Source: Malacoraja senta (Eukaryota). From it: DNA of 64,000 nucleotides. Position numbers and translations under genes: made by a program. The DNA is taken from NCBI GenBank assembly GCA_038087875.1, contig CM075992.1:1986001-2050000 (forward strand). Direction: 5' to 3'. Shown here piece by piece: positions 11,576-24,842 of this stretch. Below the pieces are notes generated by a model. That model worked only from the letters and a program-made list of their open reading frames with translations, made no database searches and had not been told where the DNA came from. The first letter of the stretch is position 1, and the number at the start of each line of letters is the position of its first letter.

Positions 11576-12209
11576 AAGGCAGCAACTCTACCGCTGCGCC
11601 ACCATGCTGCCCCTTCCCCCGTTGACAGGCCTGCTGCTTTCTTGGCCGCCAGCAGTTTGAAGTGCAGATAGAGCGATTGGGTTCAGCAAAACCAATTATA
11701 AAACTGATGAATGAAAAGGCTCTGGTTTCCACCTCGTTCCTTTCCCATTAACTGGCAGAACTCTCCCGAGCCCTGGATTTCAACCTCTTCCTGCCGGGAC
11801 AAATGATCTATTGGAGTTTAGTTTTGTATCTCTGTCCACCTTTCAATTGTTAAAATATTCATGGATCGGTGTGTATGGGTAAATGATTCTCCGAGCTGTT
11901 TCAATTCTTGCAGGAGCCAGGGATGGAGCTTAAGATGTGTTCATACTAGTGATAGACCCTTGAATTTAGCAGTGATTTTTTTAGCAGAAACCCCTCATTA
12001 TTTTTGGATTAAGGGGCAAGCAAGGTGAGCATTGATGCCCATCCTTACTTCCCCTGAGAAGCTGGCTCCGAACCATCATTTTAAATTGCTGCAGCCTGTC
12101 TTGCGAAGGTAGTCCCTCAATAATATACTTGGATCTGCTGATGATGTAGAGAGTTAATCTGAGATCCTCTCTCACCCACATCCCACACAATCCACCCACA
12201 CCTGTCATA

Positions 12210-12558
12210 CAGGCAGGGTGGCGCAGTGGGTAGAGTTGCTGCCTTACAGCGCTTGCAGCACCGGAGACCCGGGTTCGATCCCGACTACGGGTGCTGTCTG
12301 TACGGAGTTTGTACCTTCTCCCCGTGACCTGCGTGGGTTTCCTCCGAGATCTTCGGTTTCCTCCCACACTCCAAAGACGTGCAGGCTTGTAGGTTAATTG
12401 GCTTTGGTATAAATGTAAATTGTCCCTAGTGTGTGTAGGATAGTGTTAATGTGTGGGGATCGCTGGTCGGCACGGACCCGGTGGGCCGAAGGGCCTGTTT
12501 CTGCGCTGTATTTCTAAACTAAACTAATCTCTAAACTAAACTAAACTAAACTAAACTA
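12210..12558 (+). mobile_element. Full-length tRNA-derived V-SINE (HE1-like)
   Basis: A box GGTGGCGCAGTGG, B box GGTTCGATCCC, V-core (ggagtttgtaccttctccccgtgacctgcgtgggtttcctcc...cctcccacactccaaagac), LINE-derived tail ggccgaagggcctgttt...(CTAAA)n. Confidence 0.85.
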
Positions 12559-13269
12559 ATTCCCCTCCTCTAGCACCTTTTAACAATGTGTTTAAGCCTT
12601 TCAGGCTCATGGCTGTATTCTCCATTAGCTGTCACTCTCAGCCACTATCCTACACAAATAAGCCTCGATTGAGAAAGTTGGAAAATGGCAGGCTTTATAC
12701 TCTTTTTAATACTGTGGCTAAGGAAGGATATGCTTCCCTTTGAGGGAAAGCATTCCAGATTCGTAATACTGATGTCCGAGGAGAAGATCCCGATAGAGCC
12801 CACTTGAAGCATATCAGATTATTAAGGGTTTGGACACGCTAGAGGCAGGAAACATGTTCCCGATGTTGGGGGAGTCCAGAACCAGGGGCCACAGTTTAAG
12901 AATAAGGAGTAAGCCATTTAGAACGGAGACGAGGAAACACTTTTTCTCACAGAGGGTGGTGAGTCTGTGGAATTCTCTGCCTCAGAGGGCGGTGGAGGCA
13001 GGTTCTCTGGATGCTTTCAAGAGATAGATAGGGCTCTTAAAGATAGCGGAGTCAGGGGATGGGGGGGGAAGGCAGGAACGGGGTACTGATTGGGGATGAT
13101 CAGCCATGATCACATTGAATGGCGGTGCTGGCTCGAAGGGCCAAATGGCCTACTCCTGCACCTATTGTCTATTGTCTATTGTCTATTGGAGTTTAGAATA
13201 ACGAAAGCTGATTTCATTGAGCCATGCATGATTCTGGCAGAATGACCATCAATCAGAAACATTAAGTCG

Positions 13270-13513
13270 TGTGTAGGAAGGAACTGCAGATGCTGGTTTA
13301 AACCGAAGATAGACACAAAATGCTGGAGTAACTCAGCGGGACAGGCAGCATCTCTGGGGGGAAGGAAAGGATGACATTTCGGGTCTTCAGTCTGAAGAAG
13401 GGTCTCAACCCAAAACGTCACCCATGCCTTCTCTCCAGAGATGCTGCCTGTCCCGCTGAGTTACTCCAGCATTTTGCGTCTATCTTCGATTTAAACCAGC
13501 AATTCCTTCCTAC
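13270..13513. repeat. Fold-back (inverted) pair of short Penelope-derived terminal repeats; similar pairs at ~8492-8697, 14016-14256, 22325-22474, 39415-39604, 56219-56370, 62918-63058
   Basis: ...gctggagtaactcagcgggacaggcagcatctct... faces its reverse complement ...agagatgctgcctgtcccgctgagttactccagc... Confidence 0.8.
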
Positions 13514-14361
13514 TGAAGAAATCAGTCGCGTGCTGGTGTATTTGAGATCGCCACCTTACTTCCCACAAGCTCACAGCTGCCGGCAACACAATATATGTTT
13601 GAACCGTCACCACCTACCCGTGAAGTGTGAGCTACTGTGTTCTAACAGTGTCAGACTAGACAACAGCTGTCAACAAACCCATGAAGAGCAATGTTAGTAC
13701 ACGTTTCATCAATGGGATAATCAGTAGGAAGAAATGCAGTGACAAGCTGCAGTAAGAGGCTAGAATATTTACCACATCATTCCTTCCAGAGCATTTTATT
13801 AAATTGACGTATCCATTTTTCATTGGGGTTGTTTATAGAATCAATGCCTGTTTTCTAAAGATAGATGGGGTTACTCAGCGAGACAGGTGGTGAGAGAGAG
13901 CTGATGGCCAGCAAATAAAGGAGTACAAAGCTTGATATTTACAATTGGTTGGGCCTGCCACAATATGGATTCAACAATGACAGGAATTGGAGTGCATAAG
14001 GTGAAACACCATGAGTAGGAAGGAACTGCAGATGCTGGTTTACACCGAAGATAGACACAAAATTCTGGAGTAACTCAGCCGGGCAGGCAGCATCTCCGGA
14101 GAGAAGGGATGGGTGACGTTTCAGGTCGAGACCCTTCTTCAGACCCGAAATGTCACCCATTCCTTCTCTCCGGAGATAGTGCCCGTCCCGCTGAGTGACT
14201 CCAGCATTTTGTGTCTATCTTCGGTTTAAACCAGCATCTGCAGTTCCTTCCGACACATTTTGCCTTGTTTCCCAAACTCGGTTTGGAAACGTTTTACTGT
14301 AAGAGTATTTCAAACAAGAGAAGCAAAGATGTCGCTTCACCATAAAACTAGGCAGAGATGG

Positions 14362-14791
14362 ATACATAGATACATAGAAAATAGGTGCAGGAGTAGGCCA
14401 TTCGGCCCTTCGAGCCTGCACCGCCATTCAATATGATCATGGCTGATCATCCAACTCAGTATCCCGTACCTGCCTTCTCTCCATACCCCCTGATCCCTTT
14501 AGCCACAAGGGCCACATCTAACTCCCTCTTAAATATAGCCAATGAACTGGCCTCAACTACCCTCTGTGGCAGAGAGTTCCAGAGATTCACCACTCTCTGT
14601 GTGAAAATGTTTTTCCTCATCTCGGTCTTAAAGGATTTCCCCCTTATCCTTAAGCTGTGACCCCTTGTCCTGGACTTCCCCAACATTGGGAACAATCTTC
14701 CTGCATCTAGCCTGTCCAACCCCATAAGAATTTTGTACGTTTCTATAAGATCCCCTCTCAATCTCCTAAATTCTAGCGAGTATAAGCCAAG
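14362..14791 (-). mobile_element. Young CR1-type LINE 3' fragment
   Basis: Same ORF2 C-terminus and tail. Confidence 0.9.
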
Positions 14792-15492
14792 ATTCTTGAT
14801 TAGTACGGGTGTCAGGGGTTATGGGGAGAAGGCAGGAGAATGGGGTTAGGATTGAGAGATAGATCAGCCACAAACAAACACACACACATACTCACACACA
14901 CTCTCTTACAAACACACACGCACTCAGTTAAACGTCTCGATCATTAATTCAAGTGACTTCTATATTTCTTTTGTCTGACAATTTACGCACTTTGAAGGAG
15001 GAATGTTGATTAAAAATTAACTTTGAGAATAGTAAAAGCACCTCCAGGACATTACCTGTTCATTAATAAATCACTTGCTTTGTGCTACTGTGTTGAACAT
15101 CATTTCTTCACTGCACTACAGCTGTCCGCAGTATTCAGACTCCCTGTGTCTCTTTGCAAACACATCCCATCCTTCTCTTGGTCTGGTATCCGTGTGGGTG
15201 GGGGGGATGGTGGGGGTCGGTGGCTACAATGCGATATTGCTGTCTGTCGATTACGATTTTTTAACCTCTTGATGTGTATACCCATCGCATTTCCTCTCAA
15301 CGTCTTCATGGGTATTATCAGATCCCGCAGAACCCACATCCTGGCCAAAAGTTCCAGACTCACAATGCTACTTTGGAGCACAAAGTCTGCTGTTGTCACA
15401 CTAATTCATCGGTAATTGTACATTGAAACCTCTCTCACAATGCAGGAGATTTGTAATCATTCGCAGCACCAGGTAACGACCAAAATAATTCT

Positions 15493-15770
15493 GGCGGTGG
15501 CGCAGTGGTAGAGTTGCTGCCTTACAGCGCCAGAGGCCTGGGTTCCATCCGACTAAGGTTGCTGTCTCTACGGAGTTTGTACGTTCTCCGCGTGACCTGC
15601 GTGGGTTTTCTCCGGGTGCTCTGGTTTCCTCCCACATTCCAAATGCGTACAGTTTTGTAGATTAATTGGCTTTGGTAAAATAGTGCAGAATAGTGATAAT
15701 GTGCGGGGATCGCTGGTCGGCCGAAGGGCCAGATTCCGCGCTGTATTTCTAAACTGAACTAAACTAAAAT
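15493..15770 (+). mobile_element. HE1-like V-SINE
   Basis: A/B boxes, core and tail. Confidence 0.8.
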
Positions 15771-15911
15771 TCTCTAAGAAAGAGAAATGCAAGCCACGAT
15801 AGGACGAACCACACCCCAACAACCAAACCTTAACCCCTCTCCCCCCCATACCACACCATCCAGAGACCATCTTGCACCAATCCCCTCCCACTCCCCACCC
15901 ACATCCCCTAC

Positions 15912-16565
15912 CAAAGCGAATGGTATGTTGGCCTTCATAGCAAGAGGATTTGAGTATAGGAGCAGGGAGGTTCTACTGCAGTTGTACAGGGTCTTGGTGA
16001 GACCACACCTGGAGTATTGCGTACAGTTTTGGTCTCCAAATCTGAGGAAGGACATTATAGCCATAGAGGGAGTGCAGAGAAGGTTCACCAGACTGATTCC
16101 TGGGATGTCAGGACTTTCATATGAAGAAAGACTGGATAGACTTGGCTTATACTCGCTAGAATTTAGGAGATTGAGAGGGGATCTTATAGAAACGTACAAA
16201 ATTCTTATGGGGTTGGACAGGCTAGATGCAGGAAGATTGTTCCCGATGTTGGGGAAGTCCAGGACAAGGGGTCACAGCTTAAGGATAAGGGGCAAATCCT
16301 TTAAGACCGAGATGAGGAAAAACTTTTTCACACAGAGAGTGGTGAATCTCTGGAACTCTCTGTCACAGAGGGTAGTTGAGGCCAGTTCATTGGCTATATT
16401 TAAGAGGGAGTTAGATGTGGCCCTTGTGGCTAAGGGGATCAGGGGGTATGGAGAGAAGGCAGGTACGGGATACTGAGTTGGATGATCAGCCATGATCATA
16501 TTGAATGGCGGTGCAGGCTCGAAGGGCCGAATGGCCTACTCCTGCACCTATTTTCTATGTATCTA
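15912..16565 (+). mobile_element. Young CR1-type LINE 3' fragment
   Basis: KANGMLAFIARGFEYRSREVLLQLYRVLVRPHLEYCVQFWSP... to the stop, then 3' UTR. Confidence 0.9.
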
Positions 16566-16850
16566 AGTTAACACCACTACCTCTGCAATAACATGCTCAG
16601 GTGGGATTGGTAGATTAGAATGGTGCTCAGTGAAAAACAAGAAGGAACTCAATTAATTTAAAATGCATTACAGCCATTGAATTGCTTTTGAATTGCAGCA
16701 ATGTGCCAACAATCTTCATTCAGCAAAGCCACACAGCAGCGGTGATTCTATACACAATTGGTTTATTTTGCAGATTTTGGGTGTTGAGTGCTCTAGAAAC
16801 CTGAAATGGTTCTCGGTTCTTTTTTCTAACTGCTTCAGTCAATAGAGTAA

Positions 16851-17167
16851 AGGGCCTGTCCCACTTAGGCTATTTTTAGGCGACTGCCGGCGACTGTCAT
16901 AGTCGTAGCAGGTCGCCGAAAAAACGGTGACTGGACCCCCCCCCCCCCCCCCCCTTCGACATAAAACTTGAAATAGAATCATTACTTTAACAACGAAAGA
17001 AAACCGGTCAGCATGTTCAACATGTTGAAACTCCAGCGGCGACCAGAAAGACGCTACGATTCTTTGGGCGACTGAGGAGACGACTCCCGACCATACAGGC
17101 AACACCCCTGGCGACTGTGTGGTGACAGCCTCCTCGCCTGAAAAATAGCCTAAGTGGGACAGGCCCT
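16851..17167. mobile_element. MITE / non-autonomous DNA transposon, PIF/Harbinger-like
   Basis: ~33-bp TIRs AGGGCCTGTCCCACTTAGGCTATTTTT(C)AGGCGA; flanks TAA / TCA (imperfect 3-bp TSD); internal GGCGACT repeats. Confidence 0.8.
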
Positions 17168-17317
17168 TCAGTGTAGTCAGAAGAAGCTGCGTCCCTTCCA
17201 AAATATGTCACTTGCACCCAAAGCAACGTTCCTTTGATCTCCCCGTGATAGTCAACCCAGACTCGATGCTGAAATCCCTGGAATAGGGGCTGAACCAATT
17301 GGGTTTCCAACCATGTA

Positions 17318-17652
17318 GATACACAGAGTCGCTTGCCCAGAGTAGGGGAATCGAGGGCCACAGGACATAGGTTCAAGGTGAAGGGGAAAAGATTTATTGG
17401 GAATCTGAGGGGTAACTTTTTCACACAAAGGGTGGTGGGTGTATGGAACAAGCTGCCAGAGGAGGTAGTTGAGGCTGGGTCTATCCCAACGTTTAAGAAA
17501 CGTTGTGTGTTTAAGTTAGACAGGTACATGGATAGGACAGGTTTGGAGGGATACAGCCCAAGCACAGGCAGATGGGACTGGTGTAGGTGGGACATTGTTG
17601 GCCAGTGTGGGCAAGTTGGGCCGAAGGGCCTGTTTCCACACTCTATGACTCT
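17318..17652 (+). mobile_element. CR1-type LINE 3' fragment sharing its tail with the SINE (third subfamily; also ~40797-41075(-), 42915-43205, 56030-56218)
   Basis: GHRFKVKGKRF..NLRGNFFTQRVVGVWNKLPEEVV; tail ggccgaagggcctgtttccac as in the V-SINE. Confidence 0.8.
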
Positions 17653-18049
17653 CTGACTCAGTAGGATTGAACAGTGCTGCTGCAACACTGTCAATGGCAT
17701 TGATAAGCTCCCAGTGGCTGGATCTCGCGTGGGAGGTTCTAATTTTAGAAAAATGTAATTGAGATTGAATGGATGCACACATCGGCCTTTGGGCAATCTG
17801 TGAATAATGAAGCATATCCCTGAGAGATTGTTTCTGTATACTGCATGTGGGTTCTCTTTTCGAGTAAGCTTAAAAATAAATTGAAAATTTGAACTCTTGC
17901 CGCTTTCACGGGCATCGGAGTTGAGCAACCTGGCAAGAAATTCCAGCTTTCACTTGTTTAGGATCAGGGTGTGTGACATCCCATTACAGATTGTGTTAAT
18001 GGTTTCATATTTTAACTTTCATTGAAGGCTATATCAATACATTTTAGTT

Positions 18050-18415
18050 TTTCATTTTAGAGATACAGCACGGAAACAGGCCCTTCGGCTCACCGAGTCC
18101 GCACCCACCAGTGATCACCCCGTACACTAGCACTGCCCTACACACACTAGGGACAGTTTACAATTTTACCGATGCCAACTAACCTACAAACCTGTCCGCC
18201 TTCGGAGTGTGGGAGGAAACCGGAGATCCCGGAGAAAACCCACGCAGGTCACGGGGAGATAGACACAAAATGCTGGAGTAACTCAGCGGGACAGGCAGCA
18301 TCTCTGGAGAGAAGGAATGGGCGGCGTTTCGCGTCGAGACCCTTCTTCAGTCTGCAACTGCAGTTCTTTCTTACACACAGGTCACGGGGAGAATGTACAA
18401 ACTCCGTACAGACAG
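18050..18415 (-). mobile_element. HE1-like V-SINE with a nested Penelope-derived repeat
   Basis: CAGGTCACGGGGAGA duplicated around the insert. Confidence 0.75.
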
Positions 18416-19834
18416 TGAAAAAGTTCACTTAAAAAGTAGACAAAGTACAAATTCTTAAGACCATACAAAGCTTTAATTTAACGGGTGTGGACCTAGAGAC
18501 CCAGAGGCAACAGTTTCACGTCTGAATCTCCAGCAGCACACACACAGAAATACCAGAAAACCGGAGTTTATATACGTACAAATATAAAACCAATTGCATG
18601 ATGTAATGTACAAAAACCATCATCCACCTCCAAATATCGAGTTGTTTTTCACTCTTTGCCAAAAGCCAGTCATCCCAATGGCATCCTCTGGCCCCTTCTT
18701 ATCTGATTAACCTCTTCAACTTACCTAAAAAAACTTGCAAGAGAGCTGTGAACTTTTCAACTTAAAGGGAAAAAAAGCTGGCATGATAGGAGTTGTCCAA
18801 ATCCCATCATGCATTACAATTGGCCTTTTACAACAGGACAGCTTAAATATGACAACAATCAATTAATAACTAACTCTTTCATTAGCACCCATAGTCAGGA
18901 TCGAACCTGGGATTTCTGGTGCTGAAGGTCAGCAGCTCTTCCACTGCACCACTGTGCCGTTACTATTATAATCAATTCTCCTGTCAATGGGTGTTGAGTT
19001 CTACAACATTATTATTCGATCACTGGAGGATATAAGGAACCTAATATTCAACCCAAAATTCCACCAGCTTGGCTGTGTGGTCATTAAAATACTATACTAT
19101 ACTATATACTAGATTGGATTTCATCTGCACATCATATTGTGTTCTGCCATATGTTTCTATAACACAGTACCTACATTACAAAGTTAAATACTACCACTGC
19201 CTGATACTTGTACTGAATCTACAATATGCTATCCTTTATGAGATTTTGTGTCCTAGAAATTCATGTCTGCCATTTTCTGCTGCTAAAATAGCATTAGCAA
19301 TCTGCCTAATGTTATTTTAAAAAGCAGTGAACAGCGAACTGTCAAATGCGCCATATTTCAGTGAAGATTGCCGGCAAGAATCCAAAGGCAAGCTTCCCGA
19401 GGCTGACGATGGTCTTTATTTTGAGTTTGAGACAATGCAGACACTTGCGTTTGTTGCTTACGGTTGGGCAGTGATACGATACGATGGAACTTTATTGATA
19501 CCAGCAGGGAAATTAATTGCAGAAATCTGTTATTACAAATACAATCTCTCACAAGTGTTGAAGTGGAAACACAAAGATCCATTGACAGAGTGGGGAATGT
19601 TTAGTCAGAGTGAATTTTGATTTCACATCTGGAAGGGGTGTTGGATTGCATTGCAGGTCTCGCAAAAGTGCAGACATTCACTCGTGTCATCTTCCCTGGC
19701 ACTTCTCTTGCCATAAGAGAACTTTGCACAAGTAATATAGGTACAACATGCTGGTGTAACTCAGCGGGCTGGGCAGCATCTCTGCAGAACATGGATAGGT
19801 GACATTTCGGGTTGAGACCCTTCTTCAGACTCGA

Positions 19835-20195
19835 AGCCTGGATGGAGTGGATGTGCAGAGGATGTCGGCTCTGGTGGGAGAATCTGGGACCAGAGGTCAC
19901 AATCTCAGCATTAAAGGGCGTTCCTTTAGGAAGGAGATGAGGAAGAATTTATTTAGTCAGAGGGTGGTGAATCTGTGGAATTCATTGCCACAGAAGGTTG
20001 TGGAGGCCAAGTCAGTGGATATAGTTAAGGCAGAGATAGATAGATACTTGATGAGTACGGGTGTCAGAGGTTACGGGGGGAAGGCAGGAGAATGGAGTTA
20101 GGAGGGAGAGATAGATCAGCCATGATTGAATGGCGGAGTAGACTTGATGGGCCAAATGGCCTAATTCTGCTCCTATCACTTATGATCTTATGAAT
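19835..20195 (+). mobile_element. Older CR1 3' fragment (also ~1430-1665, 5720-6220, 21585-21925, 61730-61955)
   Basis: LVGESGTRGHNLSIKGRSFRKEMRKNLFSQRVVNLWNSLP. Confidence 0.8.
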
Positions 20196-22551
20196 CTAAA
20201 GGAGGGTCTCCGGCTGCATTCGCTGTAAGGCAGCAACTCTACCGCTGCACCACCATTGATCGAGTATTCTGGTGAAGGAGACAGGATGGGGGCAAATACC
20301 AGTTGCTGTTGATGATTATAATTTGGTGAAAGAAGCCCTCTAGCCTGCCTGACACTAGCTTGTCTTACACTGCAAGGATCTGTTCACAGTTGAAGTCCAA
20401 GGAATGAGAGTAAGCTTGGTGCAATGGCCAAAAGGGCTCTGGGGGTGGGGGTGGGGGGGAACGACCACAGTTGAGAGCCATCCTTCTATTGCACATTGAG
20501 AAGCTGAAACCCACAGTAAAAAAAATTGCTCGAAGAAAATTGTTAGCATGCTGACATAATGTTAATGGAATGATAAGGTTTGTACTGAAATGGTGACATA
20601 AATGCTCTATTATATACATGTACATTTTATGAATAGAGAAAGATATTCCAAATTAAAAAAAAGAGTTGTACAGCATTCTGCTAATGACTACAGGAGAGAT
20701 ATGTCTGACCTTTTAAACCATATTTATTTGAGTGTTTGGCATTATTAACCGCTGGTTCTTCAGCACGTGAGCCGAGCCTGTGTGATGCCTGATACAGACT
20801 GATGTGGCTGAACATCCTGCTTGAAATGAGTTCTGGACATTGCACTGCCATTGGTCTCCCTTGGACAAGCTCGATGGCAGAAAGGCAGTGTGAAGTCACA
20901 CGAGAATCTTCCCCCAAAATGACAATGTGAATACCAGCCGAAACGTCGCCTATTCCTTTTCTCCAGAGATGCTGTCTGACCCGCTGAGTTACCCCAGCAT
21001 TTTGTGTCGGTATGATATGATATCAATGACAGGCATTGACTCTCAAAGGAATTTGTACTAAATTGGATAACACCACATTGGATAACACGATCATAACTCA
21101 ATGCAACATGTTCTAGTATAGCACAGACAAACCACTTGGTCTGTGTGTTCGTTATACCATTAGTATTGGCAAGACTATAAATGTTGTGATAAGTAGGCTG
21201 ATCCATCCTCTCCCACACTGCACAGTAACACTGTGCATAGCAGAGTGATTGTTGGCTAAATTAGCAATGGTGTCATCATTCCATGGGCGATTACGTTGGG
21301 ATCATCTTTACCACTACCCTCCAATCTTGACGCCTTCAGAAATTCCATGGGTTGGTGAGGATGGGCCTCAGTTGCATGGTTCGTTTGATGAAGCCCCACT
21401 TGAAACATCCGCATCCCTGCCGTGCTCCAGGGAACCATGGAATGCTGCCTTACACCGCCCCTTTCCTTACTTTCACTGCAATCCACAGCTTGCTCTCCCC
21501 TTATTTTCTTCACCCGAGTTTTGTCAGTTCGTTTAGCAGATCAGGAGAACCCTCCTGAAATGTTCAGGCATCACCTCTAATTAGTGAAAGGCCTGGATAG
21601 AGTGGATGTGGAGAGGATGTTTCCACTAGTGGGAGAGTCTACGACCAAAGCCCACTGCCTCAGACTAAAAGGACGTACCTTTAGAAAGGAGATGAGAAGG
21701 AATTTCTTTAGTCAGTGGATGGTGAATCTGTGGAATTCATTGACAAGGCCAAGTCAATGGATATTTTTAAGGCGGAGATTGATAGATTCTTGATTAGTAC
21801 GTGTATTAAGGGTTATCTGGAGAAGGCAGGAGAATGGGATTGAGAAGGAAAGATAGATCAGCCATGATTTAATGATGGAGTAGACTTGAAGGGCCGAATG
21901 GTCTAATTCTTCTCCTAGAACTTATAATCCCATATTCTCCCCATATGTCTTCAACTCAACCCAGTTTCTGCTGCTTACCTCAATACTTTGGACAATTTAC
22001 AGCATCCAATTAACCTACCAAACCCAATGTCTTTGGAGTGTGGGAGGAAGCCAGAACACCCAGGGGAAGATCATGAGGGTTATAGGCAGAAGGTGCAAAC
22101 TCCATACTCACAACACCCAAAGTCAGGATTGAACCCAGGGCTCTGGTGCTGTGAGGTAGCAGCCCTGCCACCTGCACCACACGGTTGATATCCTGGTGTC
22201 CTGCTATGTTAACGGTGCAGTGGTTAAATTATCAGTCTCGTTGCTCAAAGTCAACAAAAACTTCTGGAAATACTCAGAAGGTCAGGCAACAGTTACAGAG
22301 CAACAGAGTTAATATTTTAGGTTTAAGAAGGAACTGCAGATGCTGGAAAATCGAAGGTAGACAAAAATGCTGGAGAAACTCGGCGGGTGAGGCAGCATCT
22401 ATGGAGCGAAGGAAATATTTCCTTCGCTCCATAGATGCTGCCTCACCCGCTGAGTTTCTCCAGCATTTTTGTCTAATATTTTAGGTCAATGACTTGTCAT
22501 CAGTTTTTATGCCAGGGCTAGCAATCTGGAGGTCCCAGTTCAAATCCCTTC

Positions 22552-23088
22552 CAGTTCAGTTTGGTTTATTGTCACGTGTACCGAGGTACAGTGAAAAGCT
22601 TTTGTTGCCTGCTAACCAGTCAGCAGAAAGACAATCCAATCGAGCCATTACAGAGTACAGATACATGATGAGGCAATACATTTAGTGCAAGGTAAATCCA
22701 ACAAAGTCCGATCAAGGATAGTCCGAGGGTCACCAAAATGGTAGATAGTAGTTCAGCACTGCTCTCTGGTTGTGGTAGGATAATTCAATTGCCTGACAAC
22801 AGCTGGGAAGAAACTGTCCCTGAATCTGGAGGTGTGCGCTTTCACACTTCTATACCTTTTGCCTGATGGGAGAGGGGAGAAGAGGGAGAGGCCAGAGTCT
22901 GACTCATCCTTGGTCATGCTGCCGGCCTTGCCGAGGCAACGTGAGGTATAAATGGAGTCAGTAGAAGGGAGGTCGGTTTGTTTGATGGTCTGGGCTGCGT
23001 CCACAATTCTCTGCAATTTCTTGCGGTCTTGGATGGAGCTGTTCCCGAACCAAGCTGCGATGCATCCTGATAAAATACTTTTTACAGT
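22552..23088 (-). mobile_element. Rex1/Babar-like LINE 3' fragment
   Basis: SILSGCIAAWFGNSSIQDRKKLQRIV...PLPSGKRYRSVKAHTSRFRDSFFPAVVRQLN, then a 3' UTR ending ggtacacgtgacaataaac. Isolated 3' UTR copies at ~8765-8990, 30340-30440, 50060-50655, 53212-53660, 59435-59670, 62380-62850. Confidence 0.8.
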
Positions 23089-23316
23089 TGTGGAGTGTAA
23101 ACTGAGGTAGTAGTTTGGAATGTTGCAAACCAACTAATGTCTAAACGCCTGTTGATGAATTAATGTCCAGTGTTTGGGGAAAGCCAATCGATAGCTGATG
23201 CTACTGAAGGTTTAATTCTCAGAACTGGCATGGGATTAATGCTTCTAACTGGTAAAGGTTCATTATTTTGGGCACAAAGTGCTGGTGCAACTCAGCGGGT
23301 CTGGCAGCACCTCTGG

Positions 23317-23647
23317 CAGCAGCTTGGAAAAAGGAATGGGAGTCCAAGGACGTCCCAAATAAACATCTGGTGTCAGACCCAACCCTACCGGTCCCTGGCA
23401 CCAATCTCCCAAGGAATCAGTGGACGACGCTGAATAGATTCAGGACTGGACATGGCCCCTGCTTGGCCAGCCTTCACAAATGGGGCAGCACCCCAACCCC
23501 ACGGTGTGCTTGTGGAGAGCAGCAAACAATGCAACACATCATTGAAGCATGCCCTCAAAAAAGACTTAAAGGAGGACTTGTCACCCTTCATACAGCAGAT
23601 CAAGAGGCAACTGCTTGGCTAAAGGACTTTGCATTCGCTAAATAAAT
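23317..23647 (+). mobile_element. Ingi/Vingi (I-group)-like LINE 3' fragment with C-terminal CCHC zinc knuckle
   Basis: W..LNRFRTGHG.C...LHKWG......CACGEQQTMQHIIEACP...GGL..LH.A...A.AWL, stop, then TAAATAAA; TCTGG duplication inside a Penelope-derived repeat. Confidence 0.7.
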
Positions 23648-23811
23648 CTGGAGAACATGAAGTCCTGACCCAAAACATCACCTATCCATGTTCTCCAGAG
23701 ATGTTGCCTGACCCGCTGAGTTACGCTCAGCTCATTGTGTCCTTTTGTGTAAATCTGCATCTGCTGTTCCTTGTTTCTAGTTCTTTATTATTTTGTAGTT
23801 GGGCTAGTAAA

Positions 23812-24000
23812 AGATTAATTCTCATGTTGAAGGGATAATGTTCGGTATTGTGAAAAGTTAATGTTCAATGCTGGTAATGAATTAACTGTCAGTACTAGTG
23901 AAGAGTTAACACCCAGTGCTGGGGAAGCGATAATTCTCATTTCTGGTAAAGTATTAATTTCCTGGAGTGGCGAAGGGTTAATGCTTTGTACTGGTGAAGG
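23812..24000. repeat. Degenerate 24-bp minisatellite
   Basis: TTAA/ATAA recurs every 24 nt from ~23859 to ~23979; consensus near CTGGTGAAGGGTTAATGCTCAGTA. Confidence 0.65.
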
Positions 24001-24334
24001 TGTAGGAAGGAACTGCAGATGCTGGTATATACTCTGTGATAAGAACTCGTGTGGTTCCTTAATATCCTTCAGAGATGGTATACCATGTATACCCAGTGTT
24101 GCCTGCATTTGACACCAGAGACACAACAATATGGTTGACTGTGAAATAGCCAAGCAAGCCATTCTGTTCAGGGCAATGATAAGTTGGCAATAAATCCTGG
24201 CCTTACCAGGCGTTCCCACGTCCTAAAAAAACATTGTTCAAAAATATAATTCCCCTCTCTAACTATTCTAGACTCGGCTTGTACTCGCTAGAATTTAGAA
24301 GAAATTTAAAATAATTCCCCTCTCTAACTATTCT

Positions 24335-24775
24335 AGACTCAGCTTGTACTCGCTAGAATTTAGAAGATTGAGGGGGGATCTGATAGAAACTTACAAGATT
24401 CTTAAGGGGTTGGACAGGCTAGATGCAGGAAGATTGTTCCCGATGTTGGGGAAGTCCAGAACAAGGGGTCACAGCTTAAGGATAAGGGGGAAGTCTTTTA
24501 GGACCGAGATGAGAAAATCATTTTTCACACAGAGAGTGGTGAATCTGTGGAACTCTCTGCCACAGAGGGTAGTTGAGGCCAGTTCATTGGCTATATTTAA
24601 GAGGGAGTTAGATGTGGCCCTTGTGGCTAAAGGGATCAGGGGGTATGGAGAAAAGGCAGGTACAGGATACTGAGTTGGATGATCAGCCGTGATCATATTG
24701 AATGGCGGTGCAGGCTCGAAGGGCCGAAGGGCCTACTCCTGCACCTATTTTCTATGTTTCTATGTTTCTATGTAT
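24335..24775 (+). mobile_element. CR1-type LINE 3' fragment
   Basis: ORF 24344-24673 plus tail. Confidence 0.9.
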
Positions 24776-24842
24776 TCTATAAGCACCATTGCCAGAACAG
24801 CTATAACCAATCTTGGAGAAAGTCCATCATCATGGATGTGTT

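Larger units (their letters stand above)
10157..11612 (-). mobile_element. HE1-like V-SINE fragmented by three nested insertions
   Basis: SINE pieces at 10157-10284, 10767-10790, 10920-11060 and 11576-11612. Confidence 0.8.

Noticed and set aside
12210..12290. tRNA gene (A/B boxes)
   Set aside because: SINE head continuing into the V-core; no complete cloverleaf. The same applies to the other copies.
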